Below, piece by piece: positions 63,401 to 64,000 of a stretch of 64,000 nt of DNA (position 1 is the stretch's first letter; the number at the start of each line of letters is the position of its first letter). Made by a program: the position numbers and the translations under genes. Below the pieces are notes generated by a model. That model did not search any database. It was given only the letters and a program-made list of their open reading frames with translations, and was not told the DNA's origin. The DNA lies in the IMG/VR virus record IMGVR_UViG_3300023371_000071. One strand, 5' to 3'. The DNA comes from a virus (lineage: Duplodnaviria; Heunggongvirae; Uroviricota; Caudoviricetes).

Positions 63401-64000
63401 TTTTCTGTATCAGTAGATGATTCTAACCACTTATCCAAAGCAGTTTTGCCTGCTGTATCTTTGGTAATATCATCTAACCCTAAAAGCAGAGATAATAATT
63501 TGCGATCTTCTGACGTTAAATTATCAAAATCAATTAAAGCATCTTCTGTATTTGCGAATTTATTTAAAATTTCATATAATGTATTTGAAAATAAAATTGA
63601 TTTAGACAATGCATTGTCTTGTGAATTTGCGATATATTGCCATTCTTCACCAATTTTTGCAAATTGATCTTGAGTTAAAATACCATACTATTCTAATAAA
63701 TCTAACTCTTCTTGTGAGATCAATCCACCCTCTTGAATTGTTGCTAAAATTTCAGACAATGCAGGAATAGCATTTTTAAAATTTAATAAATTATCGGTTG
63801 AACGAGATGATTGTGTCTAATGATAATTGTTTAATCCATCAACTTGTGATAAATCTAAAGTTCCACCTTTTGTAAAAAGGCTTAAAATTTTATTTATATC
63901 CCCATTAGCCCAATCTTTAATTAATTGCTATTCGTAACCACTAAGTTCTGATAACATTTTTTGCTATCTTCTAGTTAACTAATTGCCAAATTCGCCCCAT
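57481..64000 (-). CDS. Tape-measure protein, 5'-partial (over 2170 aa in the window), many in-frame TAGs
   Basis: All-helical coiled-coil ORF fragments at 57481-58185, 58210-58905, 58972-59586, 59824-60195, 60307-61011, 61510-61794, 61948-62376, 62707-62916 and onward share one frame. They are joined by TAGs at 58192, 58198, 58210, 58972, 59824, 60307, 61510, 61948, 62707 and others. C-terminal glycine-zipper 'GAVLGAVVGGVVGGGVGSKVGGTVGAIIGSGV'. Internal poly-Gly 'GGGGGGGGGGGGG' (about 60499-60540). TAA stop. Confidence 0.65.

Noticed and set aside
1-64000. CRISPR arrays, integrase or transposase genes, and other mobile-element signatures
   Set aside because: - I found no direct-repeat/spacer arrays and no recombinase or transposase motifs.
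- The only repeats are the coding low-complexity repeats of the Tyr-rich genes and the homopolymeric Gly and Pro codon runs.

Overview
This window reads as about 64 kb of a large tailed phage. GC is low (roughly 35-38%) and most genes carry strong AGGAGG-type ribosome-binding sites.

The plus strand from about 1 to 14.5 kb holds an early replication and nucleotide-metabolism block. It carries a partial RecJ-like DHH exonuclease, a Dda/RecD-like SF1 helicase, a DAHP-synthase-like gene, a DUF262 protein, DnaE-type Pol III alpha, a guanylate-kinase-like gene, anaerobic RNR NrdD/NrdG, dUTPase and a RuvC-like resolvase. Four near-identical consensus sigma70-type promoters (TTGACA-17-TATAAT) drive this block.

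The minus strand from about 14.6 to 64 kb carries a convergent late block. Reading from the window end inward it contains:
- a partial tape-measure protein longer than 2100 aa;
- a roughly 2000-aa tail/baseplate giant;
- proteins of about 1000 and 900 aa;
- fibre-like proteins;
- a TAG-free 2437-aa protein ending in a BspA-like leucine-rich repeat;
- a 1444-aa tail fibre;
- a lysis cassette: endolysin (SpoIID plus NlpC/P60 plus two peptidoglycan-binding domains) and two membrane proteins.

The key observation is that in-frame TAG codons must be read as sense, consistent with genetic-code-15-like amber reassignment. More than 50 TAGs interrupt otherwise continuous same-frame ORF chains in tail, endolysin, resolvase and Tyr-rich genes. 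No gene in the window terminates at TAG. The early replication genes and one roughly 11 kb structural block contain no TAG at all.

The most novel candidate is a self-contained operon at 18.3-25.35 kb on the minus strand with its own consensus promoter and terminators. It encodes two roughly 500-aa Tyr/Ser/His/Asn/Gly-rich low-complexity tandem-repeat proteins, two radical-SAM/SPASM enzymes and two unknown proteins, one with a poly-proline tail. I propose it is a protein-scale, RiPP-like maturation system. The phage-borne DAHP synthase, the first step of aromatic amino acid synthesis, may feed it.

The host is inferred to be an anaerobic low-GC Firmicute. I saw no tRNA, CRISPR array, integrase or transposase.
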